Under the pieces are notes generated by a model. That model did not search any database. It was not told where the DNA came from and was given only the letters and a program-made list of their open reading frames with translations. A stretch of DNA of 64,000 nucleotides from a bacterium (GTDB lineage Bacteria > Bacillota > Clostridia > Oscillospirales > CAG-382): NCBI GenBank assembly GCA_963661975.1, contig CAVLDN010000001.1:70150-134149 (forward strand), in the 5' to 3' direction. A program made the position numbers and the translations under genes. How positions within the stretch are numbered: the stretch's first letter is position 1; every line of letters starts with the position of its first letter. Shown one piece after another: positions 62,926 through 64,000 of the stretch.

Positions 62926-64000
62926 TCGACATCGTACTTTCTTTTGATTTTTCTGCTGGTGGTCTTTTCGAATTCCGTATCTCTGAAAACGACCTTCTTG
63001 ATCATTTTGTAGGAAGGTTCGGAATCGTTGAATTCGGAAACGACGCGTCTGATCTCGGCTTCGACATCGGTGATACCGTTTTTCTCCGCGCGTTCGCGAT
63101 CGGGGAAGATTTCGGCACCGAGCAGGCGTTCTTCATCCCCGGATTTCATCGCACGGACAACGATTTCGGCGATATACGGGCATTTCACGGAAAGCTTTTC
63201 CTCGATCTCCTCGGGATATACATTCTTGCCGTTTTTGAGTATGATAAGATTCTTCATTCTACCGGTGATGAAGATGAAATTGTTTTCATCCACACTGCCG
63301 ATATCTCCGGTGTGGAACCAACCGTCCACGATAGCTTCGGAAGTAGCCTTCTCGTTTTTGTAATAACCCATCATGACATTGGGGCCCTTGACACAGATCT
63401 CACCCTCGCCCGCTTCGTTCGGATCGTCGATGCGGAGCTGCATTCCGGGAAGGAGCTGACCGACTGATTCGTAATTATGATATTCGGGGCGGTTGATGGA
63501 GATCAGAGGGCCGCATTCGGTTATGCCGTAGCCGTTTATGAGAGTTATACCGATACTGTCGAAGAAATCGACCATATCCGGCTTGAGCGGAGCGCCGCCG
63601 CAGATAATCGCTTTGAGCCTGCCGCCGAAGTTTCCGGTAACACTCTTGAAGAGCGGCTTGCGCAGGTCGATACCCACGGAAAGCATTTTGTTGCTGAATT
63701 TGATGAGCTTGCGGAGTGTTGCGGCTTTGCCGCTTTCCTCTGCCTTATCCCATATACCGCGGTATATCTTTTCGACAAACAGGGGGACAAGCTGTACCTC
63801 CGTCGGCTTATAAAACTTGATGTTCGGCAAAACGGTGCGCAGGCTTTCGTTTACGCAGATGGTCATCCCGTGATGGAACATCGTCAGAATACCGGTGGTG
63901 GATTCGTAGGAATGGTGATACGGAAGTATCGAAACGGCCGTATCGGTGATGGACATGAGCATCTGAGAAGCGCGGATATTGGTTATAAGCGCTTTTGCGT
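62922..64000 (-). CDS. AMP-dependent synthetase/ligase (long-chain acyl-CoA ligase-like), C-terminal part; the gene continues past the right edge
   Basis: The frame stays open to position 64000. NGYGITECGP, WFHTGDIG, GRMKNLIILKNGKNVYPEEIE. Confidence 0.85.
   Translation of the reverse strand, partial: AKALITNIRASQMLMSITDTAVSILPYHHSYESTTGILTMFHHGMTICVNESLRTVLPNIKFYKPTEVQLVPLFVEKIYRGIWDKAEESGKAATLRKLIKFSNKMLSVGIDLRKPLFKSVTGNFGGRLKAIICGGAPLKPDMVDFFDSIGITLINGYGITECGPLISINRPEYHNYESVGQLLPGMQLRIDDPNEAGEGEICVKGPNVMMGYYKNEKATSEAIVDGWFHTGDIGSVDENNFIFITGRMKNLIILKNGKNVYPEEIEEKLSVKCPYIAEIVVRAMKSGDEERLLGAEIFPDRERAEKNGITDVEAEIRRVVSEFNDSEPSYKMIKKVVFRDTEFEKTTSRKIKRKYDVE

Noticed and set aside
1-64000. Window-wide search for tRNA/rRNA genes, CRISPR arrays, IS elements, integrases, phage genes, restriction-modification or other defence systems.
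   Set aside because: None was recognised. All intergenic gaps over 100 bp were read on both strands. They contain promoters, leaders, terminators, the 20.1-20.5 kb tandem module and the AT-rich scar at 58.45-58.6 kb, but no cloverleaf-like or spacer-repeat structures.

Overview
This 64-kb chromosomal window comes from a fairly GC-rich (about 55% by eye) Firmicutes/Clostridia genome. It is probably Oscillospiraceae/Ruminococcaceae-like, based on three type-I dockerin modules, BspA-type LRR proteins and Clostridial gene order. Most of the window is densely packed housekeeping DNA. It includes glgB (partial), rpsO-pnp, trmL, deoB-pdp, tsaE-tsaB-rpiB, and the rpmG-secE-nusG-rplKAJL cluster with a recognisable L10 leader/attenuator. 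It also includes typA, murC, rpmB, a comEC-holA-toprim-mtaB operon, alaS, rpsB-tsf and gltX-glnS. An 8-gene nucleoside-salvage cluster runs tdk-deoC-cdd-BMP lipoprotein-ABC ATPase-2 permeases-udk, and there is a P-type Ca2+-type ATPase. Many genes sit behind near-consensus sigma-A promoters (TTGACA-17-TATAAT) and are followed by clear intrinsic terminators. I found no tRNA, rRNA, CRISPR, transposase, integrase or phage genes. Accessory material is limited: an orphan SBP-like lipoprotein, an M55 peptidase paired with a tail-anchored zinc-ribbon protein, and an ECF sigma factor paired with a membrane beta-propeller protein. A right-hand surface-protein region carries a dockerin-tagged amidase, a 5'-truncated S8 protease-dockerin remnant, a small dockerin protein, and a DUF4855-like, SGNH and acyl-CoA ligase operon. 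The most unusual unexplained structure is a tandemly duplicated ~125-nt module at 20.12-20.49 kb, between two convergent genes. Its conserved block runs from an intrinsic terminator hairpin to a TATAAT on the minus strand, and it is antisense to the SD and start codon of a short plus-strand ORF. This makes it a candidate pair of antisense-RNA/small-peptide (type I TA-like) loci or novel sRNAs. All product calls rest on motif recognition by eye, and no database search was run.
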